The notes under the pieces: model-generated
The model's input: only the letters and a program-made list of their open reading frames with translations
The model's database searches: none
What the model was told of the DNA's origin: nothing
NCBI GenBank assembly: GCA_963842525.1
Contig: CAWJGT010000026.1
Location: 1 to 42,598, forward strand
Length of the DNA: 42,598 bases
Direction: 5' to 3'
Source of the DNA: an uncultured Holophagales bacterium
GTDB lineage: Bacteria; Acidobacteriota; Thermoanaerobaculia; Multivoradales; UBA5704
In this document: one piece after another, positions 1-11,249 of the stretch
How the letters are laid out: each line of letters begins with the position of its first letter
Numbering within the stretch: position 1 is the first letter of the stretch
Program-made: the position numbers and the translations under genes

Positions 1-56
1 CTCACCCCCTGTCCCCCTCTCCCATCGCCCCACCCCCGACCGGGAGAGGGGGGACG
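1..56 (+). repeat. REP-like palindromic repeat, family A (CCTCACCCCCTGTCCCCCTCTCCC...GGGAGAGGGGGGACG)
   Basis: Internal CCCCCTCTCCC/GGGAGAGGGGG stem; near-identical copies at 16862, 17031, 25471, 28349, 28511 and a diverged copy at 14848. Confidence 0.9.
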
Positions 57-119
57 CATGCGGAGCGTTCAAGGCAAGGTCGAGGTAATCTTGTGGGGGG
101 CTCGCGTGTCTGAAGAGGC

Positions 120-953
120 ATGAGACCTCCAAGCTTCCAAACCGACGCTGCTCAGACTCGCTCGCGCCTCCACTGGCGGCTCGGGCTGGCCGCTCTGGTT
201 TTTCTTCTTCCATGGACCGCCTCGGCGCTCGACCGGGCGCGCTTCACCGCCGCACCCGAGCCCGGCCGCGCGGAGGCGTTCGCCGTGCGCCTGGACGACG
301 ACATGCTGATGTCCGGCCGCCTGGGAGACCTGGCGCGGATCCAGAGCCTGCGCAACTCGCTCGACGGAGATTTCGTCTGGATGCGCCATGAGGGCCGCGA
401 GTACGTCATTCAAAACCCGGACCTGCTGGGGCAGATCGACGAGCTGTGGTCGACAGGGAACGAGCCCCTGGTCCGCGAGGAGCAGGAGCTGGCCGAGGGC
501 CGCGGCGCGCTCCTCGAGCAAGAAAAGAAAGACCTCGCGCGGCGCCGGGAGGAGATCCGCCAGGAGCAAGACCGGGTCTCCAGCGAGGAGAGCCGCCTTT
601 CCGACGAGCACAGCGCGCTGTTCTGGCGTAAGTTCGATCTGGATATACGGTTGCCGTTTACCGAGAGTGAAGAGGTCGCCTGCATGCTGCGGCGGGAGAT
701 CGACGACATCGACGCACAGCTCCGGGACGTCGAAACCCGCCAGGACAGGAAAGAAAAAGAAGCCGACGAGCTCGACCGCCGGATGGACGAGCTCTACCTG
801 GAAGAGGAGGAGCTCAAGCACGAGGAAAACGCGATCGAAATGGTGCAGCGCCAGATCGATGCGCGGCGCGACGATCGCCTACCCGCACGCTCGATGCAAC
901 GCTGCTCCGCCTGCTCGAGCAGGCGATCGCCGACGGCACCGTTCAACCGTTGA
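120..953 (+). CDS. Exported coiled-coil hypothetical protein; 3' end probably frameshifted
   Basis: Signal-peptide-like N-terminus (LGLAALVFLLPWTASA), long E/R/K-rich heptad region; protein character degrades after ~870. Confidence 0.6.
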   Translation: MRPPSFQTDAAQTRSRLHWRLGLAALVFLLPWTASALDRARFTAAPEPGRAEAFAVRLDDDMLMSGRLGDLARIQSLRNSLDGDFVWMRHEGREYVIQNPDLLGQIDELWSTGNEPLVREEQELAEGRGALLEQEKKDLARRREEIRQEQDRVSSEESRLSDEHSALFWRKFDLDIRLPFTESEEVACMLRREIDDIDAQLRDVETRQDRKEKEADELDRRMDELYLEEEELKHEENAIEMVQRQIDARRDDRLPARSMQRCSACSSRRSPTAPFNR

Positions 954-978
954 AGTAAGGGGCATGTGACGCGGCGTG

Positions 979-2809
979 TCATCGCCCAGCGTCAGCTCGC
1001 GCTGGGCGCTTCAGGGCGGTAGGCTCTCGTGCTCGATCAGGGCTCAATGCTTGTCTTACTGTAGAGGGTGGCGCGAAAGTCTTTACCAGCGAACACGATC
1101 GACCGGCTGGTGATCCGTGGCCTGTCGTGTCATCCTGAGCGCAGGGATCTACATGCCGGATTCGGACGAGACGGGGGAGACGCGGCTGGCGCCGTAATCC
1201 GCGATTCCGGCGAGCAGAGCTTTCGAGAACCTGGAAGTCCACCGGCTTGACCAGATGATGATCGAAACCCGCCTCCCGCGAACGGCGGCGGTCGTCCTCC
1301 TGCCCCCATCCCGTCAAGGCAATCAGCACCGTATCCTCCAGCCCAGGCTGCGCCCGCACCCGGCGGGCGACTTCGTAGCCGTCCATCCCCGGCAGGCCGA
1401 TGTCGAGCAGAACCACCGCCGGATGCCAGGCGCCGATCGCGGCGAGCGCGGACGGGCCGTCGCCGGCGACCTGGACTTCGTTCCCGCGGATTTCCAGGAG
1501 CGTGCCGAGGCTCTCGGCTGCGTCCCGGTTGTCATCCACAATCAGGATACGGCGCGCGGCCGGCGCGGCGGTGTGCAAGCGGTCCTCCCGCCGTCCTTCC
1601 TCCGAGCTGGGACGGACCTCCGGAGCGAGCGGCAGGCGGACGGCGAACCGCTGCCCTGCCCGGGGCCGTCGCTGTCGGCGTAAATCTCCGCCGTGCATCT
1701 CGGCCAGGCTGCGGGCCAGGGTCAGGCCGATCCCCAGCCCTCCCTGGGAGCGGCCGATCGTGCGGTCGGCCTCCGCGAACGGGTCGAAGATCCGGGACAG
1801 CATCTCCGCGGGGATCACGATCCGCTGTCCCGCACCGGAGGACGGCCTCGATCCCGTCGCGCTCGGCAGTGAGCCAGATCCGGCCGCCGGCGTCGGTGTA
1901 CTTGGCGGCGTTGTTCAAGAGGTTTGTCACCATCTGGGCCAGCCGGACGGGTCGGCGTCGAGGCCAGCGGCTCGGGGGACGATTGACCGTCAGCTCATGC
2001 CGGCGCCTCGATCAGCGGGGACCTGGTCTCGATCGCGTTCTGCAGACGGGGCGAGGTCGATGCGCTCCATGCGGAGATCGATCTGCCCCGGGCGATCCGG
2101 GAGACCTCCAGCAGGTCGTCGACTGGGCCATGTGGCGGACCTGGCGCCCCATCATCTCTTGGACCCGCTCGCTGCTGCCGGTCATCCGCAGGATCCAGGG
2201 CGTTGCTTGCGGCGCCAGGGGGTTGCGCAGCTCGTGGGCCAGCATCGCCAGGAATCGTCCTTGCGACGGTCGGCCTCCGCCAACTGCTCAACCCTCCGGT
2301 TGCGCTCCTCCTCCACCCTCCTGCGCTCGAGCACGATCGCCGCCTGGTTGGCCGCGATGCCGAGCAGCGGCGGTCGGTCTCGCCCGGGAACTCCGGGCGC
2401 CGCGAGCCCACGGCCAGGACTCCGCAATCTCCCACGATCCCGATCAGGACGATGACGGTCTGCAGCGGCCCATCCGCCGAGGGATCGGGGATGGCGACGA
2501 GGTGGCCGGATCTCGGGGCCCGGCCGGGATCCAGGGCGCTGCGGATGTCTTGTGCCTGTTCGAGGGTGGCCTACCGGGGCCGGTGTAGGCGACCTCGAAC
2601 GGAGCGTTTCGGGCGAGCCCGCCACCCGGATGAAGATCAGGTCCAGGTGCAGGGTGGGCTGGAGGACGTCGGCCAGGTGCGGCGATGCCGTCGCATCAGA
2701 GGAGCTCCAGACCGCGGGCAGCGCCGAGAGGGCCACCAGGTCGCGGATGCAGCGGCGGAGCTCCTGGACCTCATCCGCTTTCGCCGGCTGAATCGGGCGC
2801 GACCCTCAT
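979..2809 (-). CDS. Hybrid sensor histidine kinase/response regulator (GAF-like, HisKA, HATPase, REC), split by several frameshifts; 3' end uncertain
   Basis: Motifs across frames: MLAHELRNPLAP (H-box), NLLNNAAKYT (N-box), GGLGIGL (G2), ILIVDDN...LLDIGLPGMDG...HLVKPVD (receiver). Confidence 0.8.
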
Positions 2810-3458
2810 CCCTTCCAACCTGGGAAGCGTACTCGGCAGGAGAGCCCGGGCCTTCCCGCTCGCGGAGCTCGCGCAGGAACTCGTCCGGCGGCACGAAGAA
2901 GGGGTACTCCTGCAGGATGCCTCCAGGTGGCCATGGGATCGGTGCGGAGGATGTCGAGCACAATCCCGGCGCCAAACTTGGCGCAGTCGTTCGTCAGACC
3001 ACGGCATCGTCATACTCGGGGAGGTGATTGAGCCAGGCCTCGTCCGCCACGATATCGTTCACTTCCCGCCAGTACTCCAGCGCCCACTCCATGTTAGCCA
3101 CCAGGCGGGTCAGGGGAATCCCTGGGACTTGCCGCCGTCAGGACCACCTCGATCAGCGCGGCATGGCATCCTCGTCGAAGTGCCCCTCCCGGGATGCCCT
3201 CCTCCCACGGAGGACCGAACTGGCCCACGTCCTGAGCCGTTGTGACGTCGATGCCAGCCTGTGCCAGGTGCCGCAGGTGGTCCGCGCAGCGCCTCCCGTC
3301 GACGATATGGAAGGCCTTGTCCCCCACCTCGAAGCCCTCCTGGATGAAGGGCAGGAGGACGCGGAACTCCTCGTCCTTGCTGTTGAAAAAGGCGCAAACG
3401 TGCCCCGAGCGGTCAAAGACGGACCCCGCCAAACGCACGGCTTCTCTCGCATGACCAT
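2800..3458 (-). CDS. MEDS domain protein (frameshifted; 3' end approximate)
   Basis: HVCAFFNSKDEEFRVLLPFIQEG and GGILQEYPFFVPPDEFL segments typical of MEDS proteins; GAAGGAGG SD before ATG at 3458. Confidence 0.8.
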
Positions 3459-3630
3459 AAGCTCCTCCTTCAGATCCAAGCTGATTCCGGCTCCGAGACC
3501 CTTCGCGCTTCCTTCTTGCCCAGTATAGTCTCAAGGGCCTCTGGGCTCATCGCGACCGCGAACGGTCTGGGACCTCGCCGAATCGCTGCGGGCTCCGGCA
3601 GGTCCTGAGACCCTTCAGGGCCGCTCTCGA

Positions 3631-4132
3631 TGCGTAACGGACGGTCCTCGACGCGGTCCAGACAGTCCTCGATGGATTCGGACCATCCGGAACGCCCAGC
3701 GGACGTCCTTCAACGCGTTGAGAACCGTCCGATATGCATAAAGGACGGTGCGAAAGGCGAAAAGGACGATTCGCAACGCGTTCCGGATCGTCCGTTACGC
3801 CTTCAGAACCGTCCACAAGGCATTCAGGACCGTCCGAAACACATATCGAACGATCCTCGATGCGTACAGGACCATCCGGAACGCCTATCGGACGGTCCTC
3901 AAGGGGCACAGGACCGTCCGCAACGCGAAGAGGATGGTGCGGAACGCATTCGAACCATCCGCTGCGCACTCGGAACCGTCCTCAACGCGTTCAGAACCGT
4001 CCGGAACGCCTAACAGATGACCCTCGATGGATTCAGAACCGTGCGCTTCGCGTGCAGAGCGCCCCGCATCGCAGGAAAGACCGTCCGCTCCCTGTGGAGA
4101 GCCGCTCGGACTGCGAGGAGAACTGTCCGCTT
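3631..4132. repeat. Degenerate 21-bp tandem array (~24 units, consensus close to CGCGTTCAGAACCGTCCGGAA)
   Basis: Units can be read in register from 3631 to ~4132 (two units are 20 bp); gives heptad peptides (e.g. RNAFRTV) in all frames. Confidence 0.85.
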
Positions 4133-4181
4133 CCGGGCCGGGAATACGTTGAGCAAGTTGCCATCTTGGTAGCTTGGACGC

Positions 4182-4821
4182 ATGAAGTTCGAGCGGCTGC
4201 TGGAGACCGTAGGGGACGAGCCGGTCTTCGAGCCTGGGCTCCTCCTGGCAGGCGACGTCGATCCTGCCGATGTTCGCCGCCAACTCTCGCGCTGGGTCGA
4301 GGCCGGCCGCCTCTACCAGCTCCGCCGCGGCCTCTACGCCCTGGCGCCGCCGTACCAGAAGGTCAAGCCCCATCCGTTCCTGGTCGCCAACCGCCTCGTC
4401 CGGGGCTCCTACGTAAGCCTCCAGTCGGCCCTGGCCCATTGCGGCCTGATTCCGGAGTACGTCCCGGTGACCACCAGCGTCACCACCTCTCGTCCGGCCC
4501 GCTGGGATACGCCCCTGGGGATCTACGACTTCCGGCACATCCAGAGCGAGCACCTGCGGGTTACAGGCGCACGGACCTGGAGGCGAACAGGAGGCGTTCC
4601 TGGCCACGCCCGAGAAGGCTCTCCTGGACCTGATCTATCTGGAGCCGGGCGCTGATGCGCCCGCCTACCTGAACGAGCTTCGTCTGCAGCACATGGAGGT
4701 TCTGGACCTGGACGAGCTCCGAAGACAGGCGGAAGCTTTCGGGAAACCCAAGATCCTGCGCGCCGCTGAGCACGTGGCCCGGTTGGCGGAGACCGAAGCC
4801 ATGGAGTACGAGGCTCTATGA
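4182..4821 (+). CDS. abiEi: Type IV toxin-antitoxin AbiEi-family antitoxin (frameshifted near 4560-4600)
   Basis: QLSRWVEAGRLYQLRRGLY wHTH, SYVSLQSALAHCGLIPE, and ATPEKALLDLIYL in a shifted frame; TGA at 4819-4821 overlaps the next ATG (ATGA). Confidence 0.85.
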
Positions 4822-5623
4822 AAGAGGATCTGCGGAATCTGGTCCGCGGGGCTAAGGGTGCGACGGACGCCCGGAACCGCATCCGCGAGTACCTCCAGGC
4901 TCGGATTCTCGGGTCGCTCCAGCGCTTCCGGCGCCATGATCCCCCTGGCGTTTCAGGGGGGCACGGCCCTGCGCTTTCTCTACTCGATCCGAAGGTACTC
5001 GGAAGACCTCGACTTCGCTCTCGAGCGGCCGGACCGCGGATACGACTTCCGGAGCTACCTAAAGAATATCCGCAGCGATCTTCAGCAGGAGGGTTACGAA
5101 ATGCAGCTCAAGGCCAACGATGCCAGGACCATCCACAGCGCCTTCATCGGCTTCACCGGTCTTCTGTTCGAGGTGGGCGTCTCACCTCACCGAAACGAAA
5201 AGCTCTCCGTCAAGCTGGAGGTCGACACCCGCCCTCCGGCCGGAGCGGTTCTGGAGACCACCATTATCCGCAGGCATCTGACGTTGCAGCTTCAGCACCA
5301 CGACCGGGCTTCTCTTTTAGCCGGAAAGCTTCACGCGATCCTCCAGCGTACCTATCCAAAGGGCAGGGACATCTCGACCTGATCTGGTATCTGAGCGACC
5401 CCACCTGGCCCGCGCCCGATCTCCTCCTGCTCAACAATGCCCTGGAGCAGACCGGCTGGCCCGGTCCATCGCTGACCGAGCGGACCTGGCATTCAACAGT
5501 GGCCGAACGAGTTCAGTCCTCGGCTGGAAGCGGATTGAGGTAGACGTTCAGCCGTTCCTCGAATCCTCCCATGAGCTAAGTCTGCTGACCCGAGAGAACA
5601 TCGTCCGGCTGCTGAGTGATTGA
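4818..5623 (+). CDS. abiEii: AbiEii/AbiGii nucleotidyltransferase toxin (frameshifted)
   Basis: REYLQARIL, FQGGTALRFLY...RYSEDLDF, KLEVD, KLHAILQR...KGRD motifs; final frame ends ENIVRLLSD-TGA at 5623. Confidence 0.85.
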
Positions 5624-5769
5624 CCGCCGTTTAAGCTCGGCCATAGATGTCTCAGTCAAGCGTAGCTCTCACACAGCGGATCCTTTCTGACGACCCAAAG
5701 ATACTATAGATGGCACCAATGCGCATCTGCAAGGGTGTTGAAATCCAGCGTTCTGTGCTCTATATTTAG

Positions 5770-7638
5770 TTAGGTCCGGAAGACAGCGAAGTTATCGAAG
5801 CGGTATCGCCCACGGCTGACCGCCACAATCCCCACCTGATCCCCCCAGAGAGGGTTAGGCTCCTCGATCGTCTTGACGCGCTGCTCGTTGATGTACAGAT
5901 GGATCGAATGCCCGGCTCCGGTATAGCCAGCCGGTTGAGTTCCCCGGTGCGGATCGCCGTAGAGAGTTCGCTATAGACTAGGCCGAAGCCTTGGGCATCG
6001 AAGCGATAGAAGGCGAAGCTCTGCCCGGGTTTCAGCAGAAACGCGTAGTAGCATCCAGTTCGCGAGTCGCAGCGATAGAGGAGCCCCGCTCCCGCTAAGT
6101 CCGGTTCCCGGGCCACGCTTTCGATTGCGACCTCGACAGAAACGGCGCCTCAGAGAGATTGAGCATGTTATCGCTCAGACAAAAGTACTTGATGTCTTCG
6201 CGCTTGCCATCGTTAATCAATACATAGCCGCCTTCGACAAATACACCTGTCCATGCGCCCCGCCGGCCGGTGAGAAGTGAGTTGCTTGGCGTGGTTTCGC
6301 GCGCCGCCTTAAGCCGTGTAGGAGGAGTGAAGTCAACGATAAACAGGGGCTGCATATCCGCCCAGACCACTGAGACAAAATCTTCATTCACTCCGTCGGC
6401 ATGGCCCCGCGCTTCGGCGTTTTGCGCGCTTGGTGCAAAGAGCCGCCCGTCAGGGACGTTCAGGAAGAGAGCTGGCGTCGCCCATTCAAAGGAGTAGGGA
6501 GCCGCGCGATAGATCGCAAGGCGGCCCTCGGACGCCGCCCTATCAACCGGATCGCCGGCCGCTAGAGCTGAGTAGAACGCTCCACTGAAGCAGATTGCGG
6601 CCTCGTCGGAAATCGGAAACTGCATGGCGAGCACGGAAGGAACACCCGCATAACCAGAGCGTTGGCGACGCCTGTATAGGGGTCTTGGCCCGATCGGCGG
6701 GAGAATGCTGCGCTCTGGCAGGCATTGAGGACAACGAGGCGCAGGGACCGAATACCGCGTAGGGTCTCTCCCAAGACTTCCCCTGCAACTGGAGCACTCC
6801 ATCCGGTCTCGTCTTCGAAAAGCAGCACCCCTTTGTCCGCGTCAAAGTCTCCATGCCCCATGAAGTGCAGCACCTCATATGCACCGTCCCGCAGCTTCTG
6901 ATAGACATTTTCAATGCCGGCGTGCTCTATGAAATCGACAGTGACTCCAGAGGTTCGAGCCCAGGCCGCCTCGATCCGTCGTCTCTCGGCTGGCAGATCG
7001 AGGGCCTGGGCATCGGTGGGGCTCGCCATCGCAACTAGAATACGCAAAGGTCCCATGATCGGAAGCGCACGGCTGGGTTGCTGGACGTTGAGGAAGCGGC
7101 ATACCGGCGTCCGCACATCCCGTGCAAGAAAATGGCGAGTCTGAGGGCGATAGAGCAGCTCCCAGGGAAGAGCGCAGAGAGGGGCGATCTCGGGCCGTGA
7201 GGGATCGAGGACCAGTCTTATGCGAAGGCCAGCCTCCGGCTGGGCCTCGACCAAACCAAGGCTCGACAAGTATCTCTCGCGTACCGTGCCGGTGAAGAGA
7301 GCTTCGAATAGGACTTCTCCCACGGTCAGGGCTATCGGATTAGGAGCACCCTCTGGACTAAGGGGAGTTTCCGCCTCTACAAGCGTTAGATGCCTAGCCT
7401 GCGCGCTGGCTGTCGAGCCGCACCGACACACCGAGTTCTCCAATTCCGTAAGTAGCTCCTGCATCTCGTCGCCGGCAAGCGGCAAGTTGAAGCGAGCCTC
7501 GCCCCCTCCATAAGGCGAGCGCAGCAACCGCACCCGAAAGTCACTCCCGTCGGCCTCTAAGGTGAGGGCGAAGTCTTCATAGTGGGTGCTACTATGGCCA
7601 ACTCTCTGCCCGCGCTCCGGTGTCGTCATCTTTGTCAT
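5770..7638 (-). CDS. CHAT (caspase-like) domain protein with C-terminal beta-sandwich (DUF1080-like) domain; frameshifted
   Basis: LPWELLY, VLHFMGHG (catalytic His), VVLNACQS (catalytic Cys), AMQFPISD...FYSAL, EWATPALF; C-terminus AGLLYR...YYAFLL...NRLAI...YRFDNFAV. Confidence 0.8.
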
Positions 7639-7752
7639 CCCCAAGCAAGTCAACGAGTCTACCACATCCTCACGTCCACTGAGACTATGGACACCCATCG
7701 AGATCTCGCTTAGAGTAGACATCTGCACCAGGATACATGGGGAGGAACCCTT

Positions 7753-8874
7753 ATGGGAGGATCTGATCTTCTCGCGCATCGAAGGCCCGATGAGACGCAG
7801 CCTATCTCGGGGAATGTGGTCACGCCTATGGTAAATGGAGAGGCAGCGTACCCACAGATGCTTGCTGCCATCGAGAACGCGCGCTGCTCAATATCACTCG
7901 CGACATACTATTTTGCCAACGACAAAGTCGGAGACCTCTTTTGCGGTACACTTGCAGCAGCCGTCGCGAGGGGAGTTAAAGTTCGAGTGCTGATCGACGG
8001 CCGAGCTCTCTTTCGCAGAATGTTCCTCAAGCTCAGGAAGTGCGGCATTACGGTTCGCCATCAAATATTGCCACCCCGTAGGACTCGCAGATTTGTCTCC
8101 CGATATCATAGGAGGATTCTCATAGTAGATGGCCGTCTCGGCTTTAGTGGGGGCATGACCATCAGGGCCGCTCAGATGGTTAATAGTGGAGATCCGAAGG
8201 TTAATCAGGATGTGCACTTCAGAATCGAGGGTCCAATTATCTCTATCCTTCAAAGTTTGTTCACAAGGGATTGGCATGATGTCTCAAGTGAGCTTCTTGA
8301 GGGAGAGGAGTGGTACCCACTCTTGGAGCGTCATGGTGACGCAACTGTGAGGCCTCTAGTCACCGGGCCTGGGTATCCGAGGGCCCTGCTTGAGACCTTT
8401 CTTTGCCGCGCGATTTCGTCCGCCAAGCAGCGAATAGATGTCGTGACTCCGTACTTCTTGCCCACAGATGCCTTGAGGAGCGCCTTGGCTGATGCCGTCA
8501 GAAGGAGAGTCATGGTGCGTCTTCTAATACCGCAATACAATTTTGCTGTAGTCGAGTGGGCATCGAATAGGCATTTAGAACTACTTCTCAAGGAGGGGTG
8601 TATAATTTTGGCCACCCCCCCGCCTTTTGACCATTCGAAGCTGATGACGATCGATGAAGATTGGTCTCTAATAGGATCAGCAAATTGGGACCCCTTGAGC
8701 CTATTTGTAAACTCAGAAGTCAACTTCGAGGTGCATGACAACCGGCTCAGACAGCATCTGGGAAGGATAGTTGAAGAGAAGGCGGCTAAGGCGTTACCTG
8801 TAACACTTTCTAACGTTTCTACCGTTTCGAGAACAAAAAAGCTGCTTTGTTGGTTAATAGAAGCTTGGCTATGA
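7753..8874 (+). CDS. Phospholipase D family protein, cardiolipin-synthase-like (ClsB-like, no N-terminal TM anchor)
   Basis: NGEAAYPQMLAAIENA, GVKVRVLID, HRRILIVDG (variant HKD1), VTPYFLP, HSKLMTID...GSANWD (HKD2). Confidence 0.85.
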   Translation: MGGSDLLAHRRPDETQPISGNVVTPMVNGEAAYPQMLAAIENARCSISLATYYFANDKVGDLFCGTLAAAVARGVKVRVLIDGRALFRRMFLKLRKCGITVRHQILPPRRTRRFVSRYHRRILIVDGRLGFSGGMTIRAAQMVNSGDPKVNQDVHFRIEGPIISILQSLFTRDWHDVSSELLEGEEWYPLLERHGDATVRPLVTGPGYPRALLETFLCRAISSAKQRIDVVTPYFLPTDALRSALADAVRRRVMVRLLIPQYNFAVVEWASNRHLELLLKEGCIILATPPPFDHSKLMTIDEDWSLIGSANWDPLSLFVNSEVNFEVHDNRLRQHLGRIVEEKAAKALPVTLSNVSTVSRTKKLLCWLIEAWL

Positions 8875-8896
8875 TATATCAATCACGTTTAGATTT

Positions 8897-10106
8897 TCAA
8901 TCACAGTCAAAACCTTTTCTGAGGAAGATTAATTTCCCGAACTGGTTTGTGTGGAGGTAGCGACAAACAATCCTAGCGACGTACTCAGGCGAGAGCATCG
9001 TCTCCGTTCTTGCCGAAGGATTTATTGTCTTTTGAAGACGCGTGTTTACCTTGCCAGGTGCGACGATGTTCACTAGAATTCCCTTAGATGCCAAGCGTGC
9101 TGCGTCAGATTCAACAAGTGCGTTAAGGGCCGCCTTAGAGGCAGAATAGATCGGTATCCCCTGGCGTCCCCATGCGGACGCTGTGGAGGAAATCAATACA
9201 ATGTTGCCTTCCCACCTTCTTGATTCCGCTTGAGATAGAATATTAAAGCAGCTAAAGAAATTAACTCTCATAATATCTTCAGGTGACGCGTTATACTCGC
9301 CTGCTGTGTGGATCACAGCATTGCACGTGGTTAGCTCCGAAAAGCCCTGTTCGCGGCTGAGGTCGAGTTGCTGGCGGGTGGGCGCATTATAGGTTGCCCC
9401 GAGCTTTTCAAGCGCATCCATGCAGGCATTGCCGATGCCACCACTCCCGCCCAATACAAGGACATGGAGGCCATGGAGATCGGGAGGGTCTTCGGCGATT
9501 TCTTTCTGACCAAACTTGAGAACTCCCTCCGCGGCGGCCATGTCTTCGCAGGTTTCGATTCGACCATTAAAGATATCTTGCTGTACAAGAGTAGGGGGCT
9601 CGCCGAGCCAAGATGATACGAGAGCCACGCCGCTTGCGAAGGACCTTCGCTCCTTGATTCTCCACTCATGAGCTTTGAGTAATAGTAAGAAAGGAAAGCC
9701 CTCTGGTGTTTGTAATGAAGGAACTCCACTTACTATAGTATGGTTGACTAAAGCCTGTTCACGCGCTGGTACGCTAGCTGCAACTATTTCCCGGCCACTC
9801 AGGAGTAGGTACATGAGTTCCTGTACAACGCTGTGGGTGATCAGTGGACGGGCAGCATCATGCAGTACAACAAAATCGGGAAGCTCCCTTCTGTGAACTG
9901 ACCATTCCCTGCAAGGTGCGAAAAATGCGGTCTTCGAGATCCTCGTCAGATGCGAGTTTCACCACCTCAACCTCATCACAGTAAGTGCTTAAGATTTCAA
10001 TCGAATAGGAGATGACCTCTTTGCCGTGCAGGCTAATTTCCTCCGCCGCGATGGAGCCGCCGCGGGGAGGCCTTCCTCTGTGGAGGACTATTGCTGCGAA
10101 CCTCAC
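8897..10106 (-). CDS. Bifunctional IspD/TarI-like cytidylyltransferase + SDR oxidoreductase (Bcs1-like architecture), one frameshift near 9880
   Basis: Frame-shifted PDFVVLHDAARPL and LQTPEGF (IspD-type motifs), then VLGGSGGIG and YSASK (SDR); GTG start at 10106 inferred. Confidence 0.75.
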
Positions 10107-10146
10107 GACAGCCAGCTCCAACTCGCTGCATCGTGAGGATTTGAGC

Positions 10147-10169
10147 GATAACTAGAGATTATCCTATGC
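10147..10169 (+). repeat. Left copy of 23-bp inverted repeat GATAACTAGAGATTATCCTATGC (putative recombination site; contains the ATG of the 10166 ORF)
   Basis: Exact reverse complement of 11819-11841. Confidence 0.9.
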
Positions 10170-11248
10170 ACGTTATGCCTCTCAAGTCTCTGACCAGACG
10201 CTACATCGCGCTCAGTTCCGTGATATGCGAAGATTCTGTTAAGTGGCGGACTTGCATCAAGGCCACTGCTCTTTACCTCACTCTCCCTTCAATAATCTTC
10301 ATTGCCTCGCGCATCGATGGCACATGGTCGATGAAAACTCCAGGCAAGGGATTATTTCAGCACTATGGGATGCTAACTATATTTTTGACCGCCCCTGCAA
10401 TCATTGTTCTCACCATCGTATTACTCCAGAAATTTTTGTCTGCCATGGAAGGATTGCATAAATATACCCCTTTTGGCACTGTACCGCCTGATCTAGAGCG
10501 ACTCGTAGCGAGGCACATGCGATCTCTGTCGCTACGCAGGAAGTCCGCATGGCTTTTTCTTTTCTTTTCCCTGATCGGATTTCTTTTCGGTGTCGCAAAT
10601 ATTATCCAGACTATTGACCCGGTCGGGACGTACGGAAACGATGTATTCGACGCAATGCAGTATCCTTATGGTTTCTACGCGACAAAGTTCTATCTCTGCT
10701 CGCTCTGGACTCTTGTCTATCCTGCGGCTCTGTTTGTGTCAGTGCATGTAACTACATCTCTCATTATCATTTTGAGATATATGCGTCAGCATGATCTACT
10801 GCGGATCGACTTTTTTCATCCTGATAATTGCGGCGGAGTTTCAATATTCGGCTCTATCAATATGCTGATCATGCTGATCTATGGTAATTTTTTCGCTGTT
10901 CTGTATATGCTGCATATTACACATGTAACAAAAACATACCTTCTTGTTACGGCGCCTTGGTCCGGGCTCTCGCTCCTCTTTTTTGTCCAAAGCTTCGGTG
11001 CAGTATACCATGTCCATAAATTTGCCGCCATAAAGAGAAGGGAGTCTCTGGAGACTATAAGCAAGCTGCTCACAACCGAAATGGATAGTTTGTCTACAGG
11101 AAAAAAATTTTCTGCCGACCTCATTCATGCGCGCAACCATCTGCTTGGGCTTAAGACTTATCCCTACGCAAAGCCGGCCCTAGCCGTCGTGAACGCTATC
11201 CGCTTCGCGCCCGCCATTGTAGCAGTTGCCAAGCTCTTGATGCCTTGA
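10166..11248 (+). CDS. Polytopic membrane protein of unknown function
   Basis: 360-aa intact ORF with several hydrophobic segments and an FFHPDNCGG loop motif. Confidence 0.8.
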   Translation: MHVMPLKSLTRRYIALSSVICEDSVKWRTCIKATALYLTLPSIIFIASRIDGTWSMKTPGKGLFQHYGMLTIFLTAPAIIVLTIVLLQKFLSAMEGLHKYTPFGTVPPDLERLVARHMRSLSLRRKSAWLFLFFSLIGFLFGVANIIQTIDPVGTYGNDVFDAMQYPYGFYATKFYLCSLWTLVYPAALFVSVHVTTSLIIILRYMRQHDLLRIDFFHPDNCGGVSIFGSINMLIMLIYGNFFAVLYMLHITHVTKTYLLVTAPWSGLSLLFFVQSFGAVYHVHKFAAIKRRESLETISKLLTTEMDSLSTGKKFSADLIHARNHLLGLKTYPYAKPALAVVNAIRFAPAIVAVAKLLMP

Positions 11249-11249
11249 C

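Noticed and set aside
3631-4132. 21-bp arrays (also 31786-32030) as CRISPR arrays
   Set aside because: Units are contiguous and degenerate with no unique spacers, and there are no cas genes in the window.
7666-7674. ATCCTCACG shared with the 10132-10140 reverse complement, as a second inversion site pair around PLD/IspD-SDR
   Set aside because: Only 9 bp with no core-site symmetry; compatible with chance.
120-10121. Many frameshifts in the kinase, MEDS, AbiE, CHAT and IspD-SDR genes, read as mass pseudogenisation or programmed frameshifting
   Set aside because: Indels hit unrelated genes indiscriminately, cluster toward one end of the window, and leave motifs intact across frames. Low-coverage long-read error is the simpler explanation; read polishing would decide.
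10147-10169. Chromosomal dif site
   Set aside because: The spacer is 7 bp, there is no TTATGTTAAAT-like XerD arm, and it occurs as an inverted pair at gene starts.
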